64,000 bases of DNA. It comes from an uncultured Candidatus Poseidoniales archaeon (GTDB lineage: Archaea > Thermoplasmatota > Poseidoniia > Poseidoniales > Poseidoniaceae). The stretch spans positions 243 to 64,242 of the forward strand of contig CAXEMN010000009.1 of NCBI GenBank assembly GCA_963997415.1. The letters are read 5' to 3'. This document shows positions 26,834 to 35,824 of the stretch, piece after piece. Positions within the stretch are counted from its first letter, which is position 1; the number at the start of each line of letters is the position of its first letter. Below the pieces are notes generated by a model that worked only from the letters and a program-made list of their open reading frames with translations, did not search any database and was not told where the DNA came from. The translations under genes were made by a program, and so were the position numbers.

Positions 26834-28804
26834 ATGGCAAGACCTCGTTTCGCCCAAACCTCGACCGCATTGACCATCATCATCTTGTTTTTGTTGATGG
26901 CCGCATCTTCAATGGTGACTGAAAGTTCCATCGATGAAAAAACCACTGAAGCACCAACAAGTGCCCGACAGGGTTCACTTGATGTGGATTGTTCTGGCTA
27001 CAAATTTGAAGATCTCTTTGACTATAATTTTGCATCCTTTGACATCCTCTTGGGTGACGATTGGGCTACGGCTCAAATGAGTGCTGTGGCTTACGTCAAC
27101 GGTAGCAACTCTGCAACCGTTCGTGAAAACCTCGACGAGTTATTCGATGGCACCCCTGGAGGAAACAACTCATGGATGAGCACTGATGAGCGAGAGGCTG
27201 TTCGAGCCATCGGCCCAGAGTGCATTGCTGACATGGACACTCGACTCGGGATTCGTGAAGGCCTACCACACCGAGGCGGCGTTGACTGGAATGATTTGGA
27301 ATTCGTCAAAGACGGTATTGCCCTTGATGAAGTCAACTTGGTTCCCGCAAACCATCCCGAGGAGCGAAGTTGCCAAGACCTCCTTGCCTCTTCAGATTGC
27401 AAAGAAGTCCCTGTGACCATCACTGACGACCTACAAATCCTCATGTTCACCAAGGAAGATGAAACCCACAATGTGCGCTTTGATCAACTACCAAACAGTG
27501 GATCATCGAACTTCACTTTGGCCCTTAACGTCACCAACATGAGCAGTGCTGGGCTTGTCCTCACCTTCCCACAACTGCAAGGGCTGCGAATGGTAAATTC
27601 ATCAATTCAAGACGACAATATGGAAAGCACAGCCATGCCTGCACCGGTAGCAGAATACCTCCCAGATGGACGATTGCGAGTCACACAGGAAGTCAGTTAT
27701 CTGCCGAGTGATTATCCAGCAATTCGCAACCTTTTCCTCGATTTCACAACCCAAGCACCCGAAACCAATGAGGTTCCTGTGTGGACGGCTGAGGCCCCTG
27801 TTGATGGAACTGTCATCCCATACACTGTTGGTACCCGAGACCTCGTCGCTGGTGAGGTGACCGCCACATGGGCATCAGATGACAGCGGATGGGCACTCGA
27901 GTGTGACTTCGGTGAACAAATGCCTGCCGACCTATGGGCTGCGGGATTGACCGAAGATGGATCTTTATTCTTGGATGGACCTGAAGCCCCTGCTGCAGAT
28001 GAAGTTGCAGAAGCAGAGTGCAGTGTCGTCGATCCATTCGGAGCCGTGTCCGTTGAAACCCGCAACTGGTCATTTGCTCAACCATTCACTGCAGAAGCCG
28101 TGCTCTCTCAAGCAGGGGATTCGATTGAATTTACAGTGACCCCCACCGGCGTGGTTAGTGAAATTTCAATCAGTGCTCATGCGCACCAATCAAATTCAAT
28201 GGGCGAAATGCGAATGGCAACCATCGCATCAGACCCATCGACCATTGCTCTTCCAATGGATGGGCTCGCACCTGGCATGGTTATGGTCATGGGGCAAGCT
28301 CAATCAAACGGCATGCTTGACTACGCCTTTATGCTCGATTTCGGTTTGGAAAAACCAAGCGCTCCACCTGTCATTGAAGTCGATGTCAACCTCGACGGAA
28401 CCAATGCCACATGGGATGCGAGCTACCTCAAGTTCACGCTCCAAGGCAAGGTGCTTGATCCAGACGGTGAATCCGTAGAAATGTCCTTGTCGCTTTGTGG
28501 CTACACCACGAACGATTTCGTCCGCTCAGGCCCTATCTGGGAAATCGATGTCAACATCGTATCGTGTTCATCACAAAACCCACCTGTCACGGTCTACGAT
28601 ATTACCCTCACAGCAACCGATGAATCTGGGACCATGACGACCATGCAAGTCTCGGTACCAGACCCATATGCTTCCGGCGGAGATGACACAGTCATCGAAC
28701 CAGATGAGAATTCAGAAGAAGCCGTTCCTGCAGCCTCTATGATGGCAACCTTGGCCGTAGCCCTTCTTGGAGCCGCTGTGGTCAGCAGAAGAAAGGACCA
28801 GTGA
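26834..28804 (+). CDS. cell-surface protein, N-terminal signal/anchor and C-terminal TM anchor
   Basis: MARPRFAQTSTALTIIILFLLMAASS signal-like start (ATG at 26834). Acidic ~600-aa body with no recognisable domain. C-terminal MMATLAVALLGAAVVSRRKDQ anchor. Confidence 0.6.
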   Translation: MARPRFAQTSTALTIIILFLLMAASSMVTESSIDEKTTEAPTSARQGSLDVDCSGYKFEDLFDYNFASFDILLGDDWATAQMSAVAYVNGSNSATVRENLDELFDGTPGGNNSWMSTDEREAVRAIGPECIADMDTRLGIREGLPHRGGVDWNDLEFVKDGIALDEVNLVPANHPEERSCQDLLASSDCKEVPVTITDDLQILMFTKEDETHNVRFDQLPNSGSSNFTLALNVTNMSSAGLVLTFPQLQGLRMVNSSIQDDNMESTAMPAPVAEYLPDGRLRVTQEVSYLPSDYPAIRNLFLDFTTQAPETNEVPVWTAEAPVDGTVIPYTVGTRDLVAGEVTATWASDDSGWALECDFGEQMPADLWAAGLTEDGSLFLDGPEAPAADEVAEAECSVVDPFGAVSVETRNWSFAQPFTAEAVLSQAGDSIEFTVTPTGVVSEISISAHAHQSNSMGEMRMATIASDPSTIALPMDGLAPGMVMVMGQAQSNGMLDYAFMLDFGLEKPSAPPVIEVDVNLDGTNATWDASYLKFTLQGKVLDPDGESVEMSLSLCGYTTNDFVRSGPIWEIDVNIVSCSSQNPPVTVYDITLTATDESGTMTTMQVSVPDPYASGGDDTVIEPDENSEEAVPAASMMATLAVALLGAAVVSRRKDQ

Positions 28805-28863
28805 ACATGTTTACCGGCACCCTCAAGAGGGGACGGTGAGCCCAACAGACTGAGAGTGAGCAC

Positions 28864-30051
28864 ATGTTCGCAGGCACTGTTGAGTCGTTGAGTCACGAAG
28901 GTGGCCTCTTGGTGTCCTTTACAGGCTCCTCTCCAGCGCTTGAATCGATTATTGTCAACCTTGAGACTGGGGAGTATATCGGCAAAGTCGACGCTGTGCT
29001 CGGCAACACCAATGCTCCGTTAGCTCATGTGGCACATCTTGATCGAAAACTGGACATCCCTAGCTTGGTTGGAATTGAAGTCAATATTCGGCCAAAGAAG
29101 GTCCGAGAAGAACGAAGTTTTGGCGACCGAAATGGTGGACGGAACAACGACCGCGGTAGAAATGACCGCGGTGGACGGTTTGACCGGAACGATCGCGGTG
29201 GTCGATTTGAGCGAAATGACCGTCGGGGTGGTGACCGAAGAGGACACGACCGAAACAATCGTGGCAACAACGGCGGCGACTGGGAATGTCCAAAGTGCAA
29301 TAACAACAATTTCGCTTTCCGACAAGAATGTAATCGCTGCGGAGAACCGAGAGGAAGTCATAGTCATGGACAGCGTTCAAACGACCGAGGTTTCCAACGC
29401 CGCGAGCAACGAGGTGGACGTTTCGAGCGAAACGACCGTTCCAGCAACCGTATGCAAGGCGACTGGGATTGCCCGAAGTGTCACAATGACAACTTTGCTT
29501 GGCGAACTGAATGCAACAAATGTGGTGCACCGAAGCCTGGAGGTCAAGGACGGCCTCCACGACGGGATGACCGAAGAGGTAACGACCGATTTGGAGGCAA
29601 CGATCGGCGTGGTGGCGACCGAAGAGGCAACGACCGTCGGGGCGGTGACCGAAGAGGCAACGACCGTAGAGGCGGTGGTGAAATATTCAACGACAACGAC
29701 TGGGAGTGCCCTCAGTGTAATAATTCGAATTTCGCGTTCAGACAAGAATGCAATCGGTGTGGCCTGCCTCGAAACGGTGGTCAATCCAGACCTCGTCGAG
29801 ATGACCGGCGAGGTGGCGACCGAAGAGGTCGAGATGATCGGCGAGGTGGCGACCGAAGAGGTGGCGATGACCGACGGGGTGGCGACCGAAGAGGTCGAGA
29901 TGACCGGCGAGGTGGCGACCGAAGAGGTGGCGATGATCGGCGACCCCCTCGCCGTGAACCTCGTGAATTCCGAAAGGCCCGCGGCAAGGGTTCAGGCCAT
30001 GCTCACAACCGGCCACCTCGTGACTTGATGGGCAGGGACAAAGAAGATTGA
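28864..30051 (+). CDS. Gar1-like barrel fused to three RanBP2-type zinc fingers in R/G/D-rich repeats
   Basis: aa 1-78 are collinear with archaeal Gar1 as recalled (G.V......G.LLV....SP.L...IV........IGKVDAVLG....P...V). Three exact matches to W-x-C-x2-C-x3-N-x6-C-x2-C. The remainder is [15 protein letters not shown] repeats. Confidence 0.8.
   Translation: MFAGTVESLSHEGGLLVSFTGSSPALESIIVNLETGEYIGKVDAVLGNTNAPLAHVAHLDRKLDIPSLVGIEVNIRPKKVREERSFGDRNGGRNNDRGRNDRGGRFDRNDRGGRFERNDRRGGDRRGHDRNNRGNNGGDWECPKCNNNNFAFRQECNRCGEPRGSHSHGQRSNDRGFQRREQRGGRFERNDRSSNRMQGDWDCPKCHNDNFAWRTECNKCGAPKPGGQGRPPRRDDRRGNDRFGGNDRRGGDRRGNDRRGGDRRGNDRRGGGEIFNDNDWECPQCNNSNFAFRQECNRCGLPRNGGQSRPRRDDRRGGDRRGRDDRRGGDRRGGDDRRGGDRRGRDDRRGGDRRGGDDRRPPRREPREFRKARGKGSGHAHNRPPRDLMGRDKED
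29278..29343 (+). other. RanBP2-type zinc finger 1
   Basis: [22 protein letters not shown]. Confidence 0.85.
29461..29526 (+). other. RanBP2-type zinc finger 2
   Basis: [22 protein letters not shown]. Confidence 0.85.
29611..29678 (+). repeat. coding 30-nt tandem repeat ([10 protein letters not shown] units)
   Basis: GGTGGCGACCGAAGAGGCAACGACCGTCGG is followed by GGCGGTGACCGAAGAGGCAACGACCGTAGA and a partial third unit. Confidence 0.8.
29698..29763 (+). other. RanBP2-type zinc finger 3
   Basis: [22 protein letters not shown]. Confidence 0.85.
29797..29945 (+). repeat. coding 33-nt tandem repeat, ~4.5 units (R[DG][10 protein letters not shown])
   Basis: Units at 29797, 29830, 29863, 29896 and 29929. 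Units 1 and 4 are identical (CGAGATGACCGGCGAGGTGGCGACCGAAGAGGT). Confidence 0.9.
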
Positions 30052-30076
30052 ACTCGGAACCAAAAGGGTGTTTCAA

Positions 30077-31114
30077 ATGAGTGCTGAAGATCACTACCTC
30101 GATGCAGTCGAAGCGTATGACGAGGGCGACCTTGAGCAAGCATATGCTTCAGCACGCCTAGCAGCCAAAGCAGATCCGCTCCATGTTGATGCTTGGCAAC
30201 TGTGTGCAGAAGCTGCACTGCCCCCTAAGGGTGAAAAGCCGACCTTGAAGCAAGCGGCTCAGTCCTTATCCGCCGTCAAAAAAATCATCGCTATCGATCC
30301 TGATCGCACGGCGATGTGGTTCCTTGGTGGAAGACTGTTGAGTGATGAACTCGGTCTTTTGGATGAATCATTGGCATGGTGGCAACAGTTGCGACATCAT
30401 ATGCCTACAGAAGTGACGCCGCTTGTTGAACAGGCAACATTGCTCGCAGACATGGGCCTTTACACAGAGGCTAGATACCGACTCGAGGCCATCACAGACG
30501 AAAACATGGACGTGAGTGGGCAGCAATATGCCAAGATCAGTCAATTACACGGCATGGTCTTGTCAGCATCAATGCAAGATGAACGTGAATTTTTCAAGCC
30601 TTGGGAGCGACACCACAATGGCTGGGGCGCTATCGAATTGAAGATGCGGAAACCTCCGGTCTCAGAGAGTTTCTTGTTCATGGCAACAACCGTCCCAATC
30701 CTCTTGCTCGAAGTGCTCTTTTCGAACCGTTTTGTCGAACAAGGCTGGGGTGGATTTTGCCTCACCACCCTGATGATTTTCGCAACAGTCCTTATTGGAA
30801 TGAGGTTCAGTCGTCGTATTTTTAGAAGAGTCAACCGTCCTGCCTTCAATCTCTTAAGAGCAATGAATTTTGAGGCGTCGACTGGCTATGTGGTGATTTC
30901 TGAAGACATTCGAACCTCTGTCCTCTACATGTACATCATGCAACGAAAACCCAAAGCATGGCAAGAACGCATGTTGAAGATCATCGACGACAATACGAAA
31001 CTACCCGGAGGCTGGAAGCACAGCCTCCCTGATTTCGAATCCCACTTGGATGACCTTGGATTCATCGAAGAAGAAAAGGAAGAAAAATTTGAGTTCTGGA
31101 ATGAAGAAGAGTGA
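30077..31114 (+). CDS. hypothetical TPR-like/membrane protein
   Basis: N-terminal helical-repeat region (AVEAYDEGDLEQAYASARLAAKADPLHVDAW...). Two central TM helices (FLFMATTVPILLLEVLF; FCLTTLMIFATVLIGM). Acidic C-terminus ending NEEE. ATG at 30077. Confidence 0.5.
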   Translation: MSAEDHYLDAVEAYDEGDLEQAYASARLAAKADPLHVDAWQLCAEAALPPKGEKPTLKQAAQSLSAVKKIIAIDPDRTAMWFLGGRLLSDELGLLDESLAWWQQLRHHMPTEVTPLVEQATLLADMGLYTEARYRLEAITDENMDVSGQQYAKISQLHGMVLSASMQDEREFFKPWERHHNGWGAIELKMRKPPVSESFLFMATTVPILLLEVLFSNRFVEQGWGGFCLTTLMIFATVLIGMRFSRRIFRRVNRPAFNLLRAMNFEASTGYVVISEDIRTSVLYMYIMQRKPKAWQERMLKIIDDNTKLPGGWKHSLPDFESHLDDLGFIEEEKEEKFEFWNEEE

Positions 31115-31226
31115 AGCAGCATCTCATTTGACAATGAGTATGAATCGACTTTGGCCGGCACAACACTCAAAGTATCCAGTGTGAAGCATAGGAATGCAGA
31201 CCTCTTGATGCACGGATGGTGGTACG

Positions 31227-32369
31227 ATGGACATTTCAAGTGAATTGGTGGCGGTCAACACCATACTCATCACGTTAATGCTCTCAGAAGGATTGTATAC
31301 GAAATTCGCAAGGAAAAAACAAGTTCCTTGGAAGGAGATGATTTACAATCTCAATTCTGGCCACCTCATCATGTGGATCTTCCGTGGTTTTGAAATCGTT
31401 GGATACTACTACATTTGGCTTCATTCACCGTTCAGGCTGTTTGAAGGCGTCCCTTACTGGGCAACGGTCGCTATTGCCTTCATTTGTTGGGACTTTGGAT
31501 TCTATTGGTTCCATCGCATGCACCACAAATTCCCTGTGTTGTGGGCCCTGCACAATGTGCATCATGAAGGTGAACATTTCAACCTCTCCCTCGGCATCCG
31601 AAACGCGTGGTTTTCTTCAATCTCAGCCCTTCCATTCTACAGCTTCATGGCTATTGCAGGCATACCGACAGAAATTTTCGTTCTCGTTGCAAGTACTCAC
31701 ATCGTCATTCAATTTTACAACCACAATGGCATTGTCAAAAAATCAGGGGTCTTGGAACACATCATGATCACACCTTCTCATCACCGAGTTCATCACGGCA
31801 GGCAGGAGATTTACATCGACAAGAATTTCGGAGGTACGCTTGTGCTATGGGACAAAATGTTTGGTACATTCCAAAGGGAAGAAGAACATACTCCGGTACA
31901 ATTTGGAACCGATCAACCACTTGGAACCACCAATGTATTCTGGGGTAATTTAATTCCTATTTTCCGCTGGATGGGCGTTAAAATTGAGGCCCCTGTTCAA
32001 GGGAAATATCGAATATCCAACCTCCACATTGTGGTTCATGGCATTCTTCTTTTCACCATTTACATCCAGTACCTGTTGATGGAATTAAACGGGACATATA
32101 CAGACAGATTGATCGTCTTTTGTATTGGCATCGCAGGTACCATTGGCCTTGGCTTCATCAGTGATCAGAAACTTTGGGGCTACAGACTCAATTTGCTTGC
32201 ATCCACCCTTCTTGTCGCATCCTACTTTACCTTCTTCCGCATGAATGATCTCATCTTCGAGGTGATGTTGGCCCTTCTGATGTGTTCAAATCTCATCATG
32301 TTACTCACTGCTATCGAAGAACCACTGCATCAAAAAACATCGAAAGAAGCAATGGGAATGAAGGCATAA
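31227..32369 (+). CDS. fatty-acid-hydroxylase superfamily (sterol desaturase/alkylglycerol-monooxygenase-like) di-iron membrane oxygenase with extra C-terminal TM domain
   Basis: Histidine boxes HRMHH, HNVHHEGEH and HHRVHH, plus NFGGTLVLWDKMFGTF. The C-terminal ~130 aa add about 4 TM helices. Confidence 0.8.
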   Translation: MDISSELVAVNTILITLMLSEGLYTKFARKKQVPWKEMIYNLNSGHLIMWIFRGFEIVGYYYIWLHSPFRLFEGVPYWATVAIAFICWDFGFYWFHRMHHKFPVLWALHNVHHEGEHFNLSLGIRNAWFSSISALPFYSFMAIAGIPTEIFVLVASTHIVIQFYNHNGIVKKSGVLEHIMITPSHHRVHHGRQEIYIDKNFGGTLVLWDKMFGTFQREEEHTPVQFGTDQPLGTTNVFWGNLIPIFRWMGVKIEAPVQGKYRISNLHIVVHGILLFTIYIQYLLMELNGTYTDRLIVFCIGIAGTIGLGFISDQKLWGYRLNLLASTLLVASYFTFFRMNDLIFEVMLALLMCSNLIMLLTAIEEPLHQKTSKEAMGMKA

Positions 32370-32430
32370 ATTGGTTCAGTCCGCTGTTGACCGGTTGAAC
32401 CTTTTTAGTCACAATAGAGTATTCTTCGCC

Positions 32431-33474
32431 ATGGTAGCCGGGGGCACGCATGCGCAAATCCTATCCTTTGCGGGGTATCTACCAGAAAAGGAGATTCTGA
32501 CAGAATCGTTCGCAAAGTTGGGCGACCTCCCAGCTTCAATCGAATTCAAGCGATTGACTGGAATCAATGCTCATAGAGAGGCTGCTGAAGATGAAGGAAG
32601 CCTCGAACTTGCACTCAAGGCTGGTCAAAAGGCGCTTGAACGCTGCGGAATTCCGCGCGAGGAAATTGATCTTGTCATCAGTTGTTCAGTGAGCCAACTT
32701 TCGCCTGAACTTCACCAACATATTTCGCCAAGTTTTGCAACATCGATCGCTGAACATCTTGGCATATACGGCGCACAAACCTTCGATGTCGCTAATGCTT
32801 GCTCGAGCATGATGACGTCATTGATGATTGCAGAAGCCAAGATCAAGGCGGGAAAAATACGTCATGCGCTCATCGTTTCAGGAGAACACATCACATCATT
32901 AATTGATGAAGCAAAGAGCAAGAATCTCTGGTTGCACAGCAAAGCGATTGCTTCGATGACCGTTGGCGATGGTGCTGCAGCATACGTTGTTGGTCCAAGC
33001 AAGGATGCCAAGCGAATGACCTTCAGTGAACCATTCACATTTGCTCAATACAACAATCACTGCATAGGTGAGGCGTCACGTGAACGCCCTGGACCACGAA
33101 TGAGAACGAAGGCCAAGCAGTTGCAATTGGGTGTGCTTGATAACCTGAGTGAGTTTTTACAGCGATCCATGAAGCATATGGAGTTAGAATGGAGTTCAAT
33201 TGATCACGTCTATTCTCACCCAACCACACCAAAGGCAGTCAAGAAAGGCGCAAAGATTGCTGAGGATTCGGTTGGTTCCATTAAATTCCTTCACAATGAC
33301 AGCAAAGACATCGGCAATACCGCCTCGACAAGTCATGGTGTTCTTCTTGAAATGTCCCGTGAAGCCGGCCACCTCAAGGAAGATGATACAGCGATATTGG
33401 TGTCGTTTGGCTCTGGTCTTGCTATGCTCGCTTTGCATTTTCATCTACCTAAGGGGGTTGAAGGATGGTCGTGA
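32431..33474 (+). CDS. KAS III (FabH/OleA-like) thiolase-fold condensing enzyme, catalytic triad present
   Basis: FDVANACSSMMTSL (Cys), VYSHPTT (His), IGNTASTSHG (Asn), C-terminal FGSGLA. ATG at 32431; the ORF is open to a TTG at 32371. Confidence 0.8.
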   Translation: MVAGGTHAQILSFAGYLPEKEILTESFAKLGDLPASIEFKRLTGINAHREAAEDEGSLELALKAGQKALERCGIPREEIDLVISCSVSQLSPELHQHISPSFATSIAEHLGIYGAQTFDVANACSSMMTSLMIAEAKIKAGKIRHALIVSGEHITSLIDEAKSKNLWLHSKAIASMTVGDGAAAYVVGPSKDAKRMTFSEPFTFAQYNNHCIGEASRERPGPRMRTKAKQLQLGVLDNLSEFLQRSMKHMELEWSSIDHVYSHPTTPKAVKKGAKIAEDSVGSIKFLHNDSKDIGNTASTSHGVLLEMSREAGHLKEDDTAILVSFGSGLAMLALHFHLPKGVEGWS

Positions 33475-34178
33475 TGCGTTCATGGAAAGCCAGCCCTCTG
33501 GGCAAAGGCCGTTTACTCAAGACCAGCGTGAACTTGGCAACCTCTGCCATGGAGGAAGCTTCGATTGATTTGAATGATATTGCGCTTATTGTGCACAGCG
33601 GGATTTACAGGCAGCATTTCCGGACTGAGCCAGCATTTGCAACACACCTTCAAGGTGCGTTGAACATCAAATGCACAACACTCACTCAAGAGAGTTCTCA
33701 CTGCTTTGCTTTCGATGTCAGCGATGGGAGTTGTAGCGCTCATGTCGCCCTCGATGCAATTGCCGATCTCTTACCACAATTCAATGGGAAATATGCGATC
33801 TTATGTGTTGGTGATGAGCGCCCTAACAAACAAACTGAATGGCCCCACACACCACATTGCTTCGTTGCCATTCTTGCACTGGAAGGTAATGGTCCTCGTC
33901 TTGAAAGGGTTTCATTTGATGAGACAAAGGCCGTCCCAGAACGAGTGATTGCATCGCATTTCGATACCAACAAAAAGGCCAATGTTTCGATTGAATATGG
34001 CGAATACCAACCTCAGCCAGTGCATGAAACTGAGCTTGAATTTTCAGGCCATCAGAACTGGTTGTCGGGAGAGCATATGCATGCATTCCACCAACGGCTG
34101 GATGGTAAAACCGATGCCTTTACCCATCGAATTGTCGACAGAACAGGTAAGACTACATCGGCCCACTGGGAGCGATGA
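33465..34178 (+). CDS. truncated KAS III-like protein lacking the catalytic His/Asn half (putative non-catalytic partner)
   Basis: N-terminal thiolase-half blocks (DIALIVHSGIY..., FAFDVSDGSCSAHVALDAIADL, YAILCVGDE). Only 237 aa and no GNT/HxxN blocks. Overlaps the upstream gene by 10 nt. Confidence 0.55.
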   Translation: MVVMRSWKASPLGKGRLLKTSVNLATSAMEEASIDLNDIALIVHSGIYRQHFRTEPAFATHLQGALNIKCTTLTQESSHCFAFDVSDGSCSAHVALDAIADLLPQFNGKYAILCVGDERPNKQTEWPHTPHCFVAILALEGNGPRLERVSFDETKAVPERVIASHFDTNKKANVSIEYGEYQPQPVHETELEFSGHQNWLSGEHMHAFHQRLDGKTDAFTHRIVDRTGKTTSAHWER

Positions 34179-35824
34179 GCATGACTGTACGGAGGTCGAA
34201 GGAGGATCTATTTCTCCTGACCTTCCTCATCGTGCTCTGCGTCTATCACATTGTAGCAAGGTTTGGACTGGCTGTTGATTTACAATGGCATACCGACGTA
34301 GGAAGGGACAAACTGCTCACGCCTCCTCATTTGATGATTTTCGCAGGCATTCTACCAACGGCTGTGTTCTTAGGTGGATACCTCATTTGGAACAGTTTCT
34401 ACAAGCCACAAAAAGTGAGTTCAGATTTCAAATTGGGCCCATTGTACGCCCCGGCAAGCATCTGGATGATGTGCACAGGCATGTTTACCCTCACCATTGG
34501 AGGGCTATTTGATGACTATTGGCATGCAAGTTATGGCGTCGACACGACGATCATTACCCCACCACATGTGTGGACTTTTGCCGGTGGAATGCTTGTTGAA
34601 GCAGCCACCTTGGTGCTCGCACTCGAACTTAAGCACAAAATGAAGGAGCAAACACCTCACTGGATCAATATCATTGTGCTGGGAACACTTTGGGCGCTTG
34701 TCTATCACTTCCATCTGGCGTTCGCTAATTTCCTTGACCCTCGGGTATCGACCCTTGATGTCTTTGATTTCCAACTCATTTTGCATTTTGTCTTTGCAGG
34801 TGCGGTCTTGATGACCTTTCTACCACTTGGCGAACGCTGGCTTGGAAAGCACGGGGTGTTGCGCCTCTCCGGCGTTATGCTTGGTTCGCAAGTCCTTTTC
34901 TTAGTGCTTGTACCGTTCTTGGTCACCTCGTTCATGACCGAAGAGCATGTGCTGAGGCCAGGAGCACCCCACACCACCTATGCGGCAAATTGCCTGCCTT
35001 GGTTGCTTTTCCCTGCAGTGTTCTTTGTCTCGAAATTCACCTCAATCACTGAAAAAAAGATCTTGATTCCACTCGTTTTGGCAGTCGATGTGGCTTGGCT
35101 CCCCACATTTATCGAACACACCCCAGTTGAAGTTGGCATTTTGAACACGGTGCTTTCAGTTCTTCTTAGTGCAGCAATCTTGTGGTTGATTTGGCCGATC
35201 ACTCAGGGTTTTGGACCAGCCATCGAAAGGTTAGCTCTACGAACTGCAAGCCAAGGTGTGAAGCCTGTTCGAAAAAAGAAGTCCGTTTCCCTGGTCGTAC
35301 TCATGCTGGTGCTTCTTTGTATGAGCGCCCCATTAGCAAGCGCCCATGCCATCCATTTGAGTGAAGAAGGCGATGGTTTTGATGCGCCTATGCGCTATTT
35401 GATTGACGTCAATGACACCTACGTTTGGGTTGAATTCATGATGTGGCCACCGAAGGCGAAGACGGTCGTTGAAGTCAGCATTCTCCCAGCCGAAAATGAA
35501 TCTACAGTGATTGATGATGTTTGGTTGACCCTTGTTTACCCCGATGAACGTGGTGAAGTCAAGATGAAGACGCTGTTTGAAAACCCAGGAGGCTATGGTC
35601 TGTGGGAATCCCAGGTCAACTTCCCCTATGCTGGTGACCAAACCATTGAAATTTGGCTTGAAGTCGATGGTGTGGCTGCGTTCACTGAGATTCCGGTGGA
35701 TGTAGCAGGCCCACCATCTCTACCGGTGTGGCTCGCTTGGTTCATTGCTTTAGCATGGCCAACAGCGTTTGTTCTGATGTGGAGACGTATCTCACTTTTG
35801 CCAAGCCAAGGGGTGAGTGCTTGA
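34175..35824 (+). CDS. polytopic membrane protein with duplicated WH...PPH motif and C-terminal extracytoplasmic domain
   Basis: About 12 hydrophobic segments. DLQWHTDVGRDKLLTPPHLMIFAG and DDYWHASYGVDTTIITPPHVWTFAG. A late signal-like segment LVVLMLVLLCMSAPLASAHAIHL is followed by a ~140-aa domain and a final TM. Confidence 0.6.
   Translation: MSMTVRRSKEDLFLLTFLIVLCVYHIVARFGLAVDLQWHTDVGRDKLLTPPHLMIFAGILPTAVFLGGYLIWNSFYKPQKVSSDFKLGPLYAPASIWMMCTGMFTLTIGGLFDDYWHASYGVDTTIITPPHVWTFAGGMLVEAATLVLALELKHKMKEQTPHWINIIVLGTLWALVYHFHLAFANFLDPRVSTLDVFDFQLILHFVFAGAVLMTFLPLGERWLGKHGVLRLSGVMLGSQVLFLVLVPFLVTSFMTEEHVLRPGAPHTTYAANCLPWLLFPAVFFVSKFTSITEKKILIPLVLAVDVAWLPTFIEHTPVEVGILNTVLSVLLSAAILWLIWPITQGFGPAIERLALRTASQGVKPVRKKKSVSLVVLMLVLLCMSAPLASAHAIHLSEEGDGFDAPMRYLIDVNDTYVWVEFMMWPPKAKTVVEVSILPAENESTVIDDVWLTLVYPDERGEVKMKTLFENPGGYGLWESQVNFPYAGDQTIEIWLEVDGVAAFTEIPVDVAGPPSLPVWLAWFIALAWPTAFVLMWRRISLLPSQGVSA

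Noticed and set aside
28807-28863. Ten-codon uORF MFTGTLKRGR (28807-28839) that echoes the main ORF start MFAGTVESL and is in the same frame, separated by an in-frame TGA. I considered stop-codon readthrough/selenocysteine or a relic duplicated start.
   Set aside because: Similarity is only ~14/21 nt. I see no SECIS-like structure. The uORF overlaps the preceding gene's stop, so it may be chance. Comparative data would be needed, so it is not promoted to a finding.
29590-29950. Tandem direct repeats examined as a possible CRISPR array (also 59700-60040).
   Set aside because: Repeats are contiguous 30/33-nt units with no unique spacers. They are in-frame coding sequence for RGG/RDD repeats. 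No cas genes are present anywhere in the window.
29020-30139. Seven additional long ORFs in other frames and on the other strand across the Gar1-ZnF gene (e.g. 29027..30028 +, 29081..29560 -, 29377..29784 -, 29781..29987 -).
   Set aside because: The region is a GA/CG-rich, stop-poor tandem repeat, so every frame stays open. Only the 28864 frame yields the Gar1-like domain and three exact RanBP2 zinc-finger patterns. The others translate to meaningless low-complexity strings.
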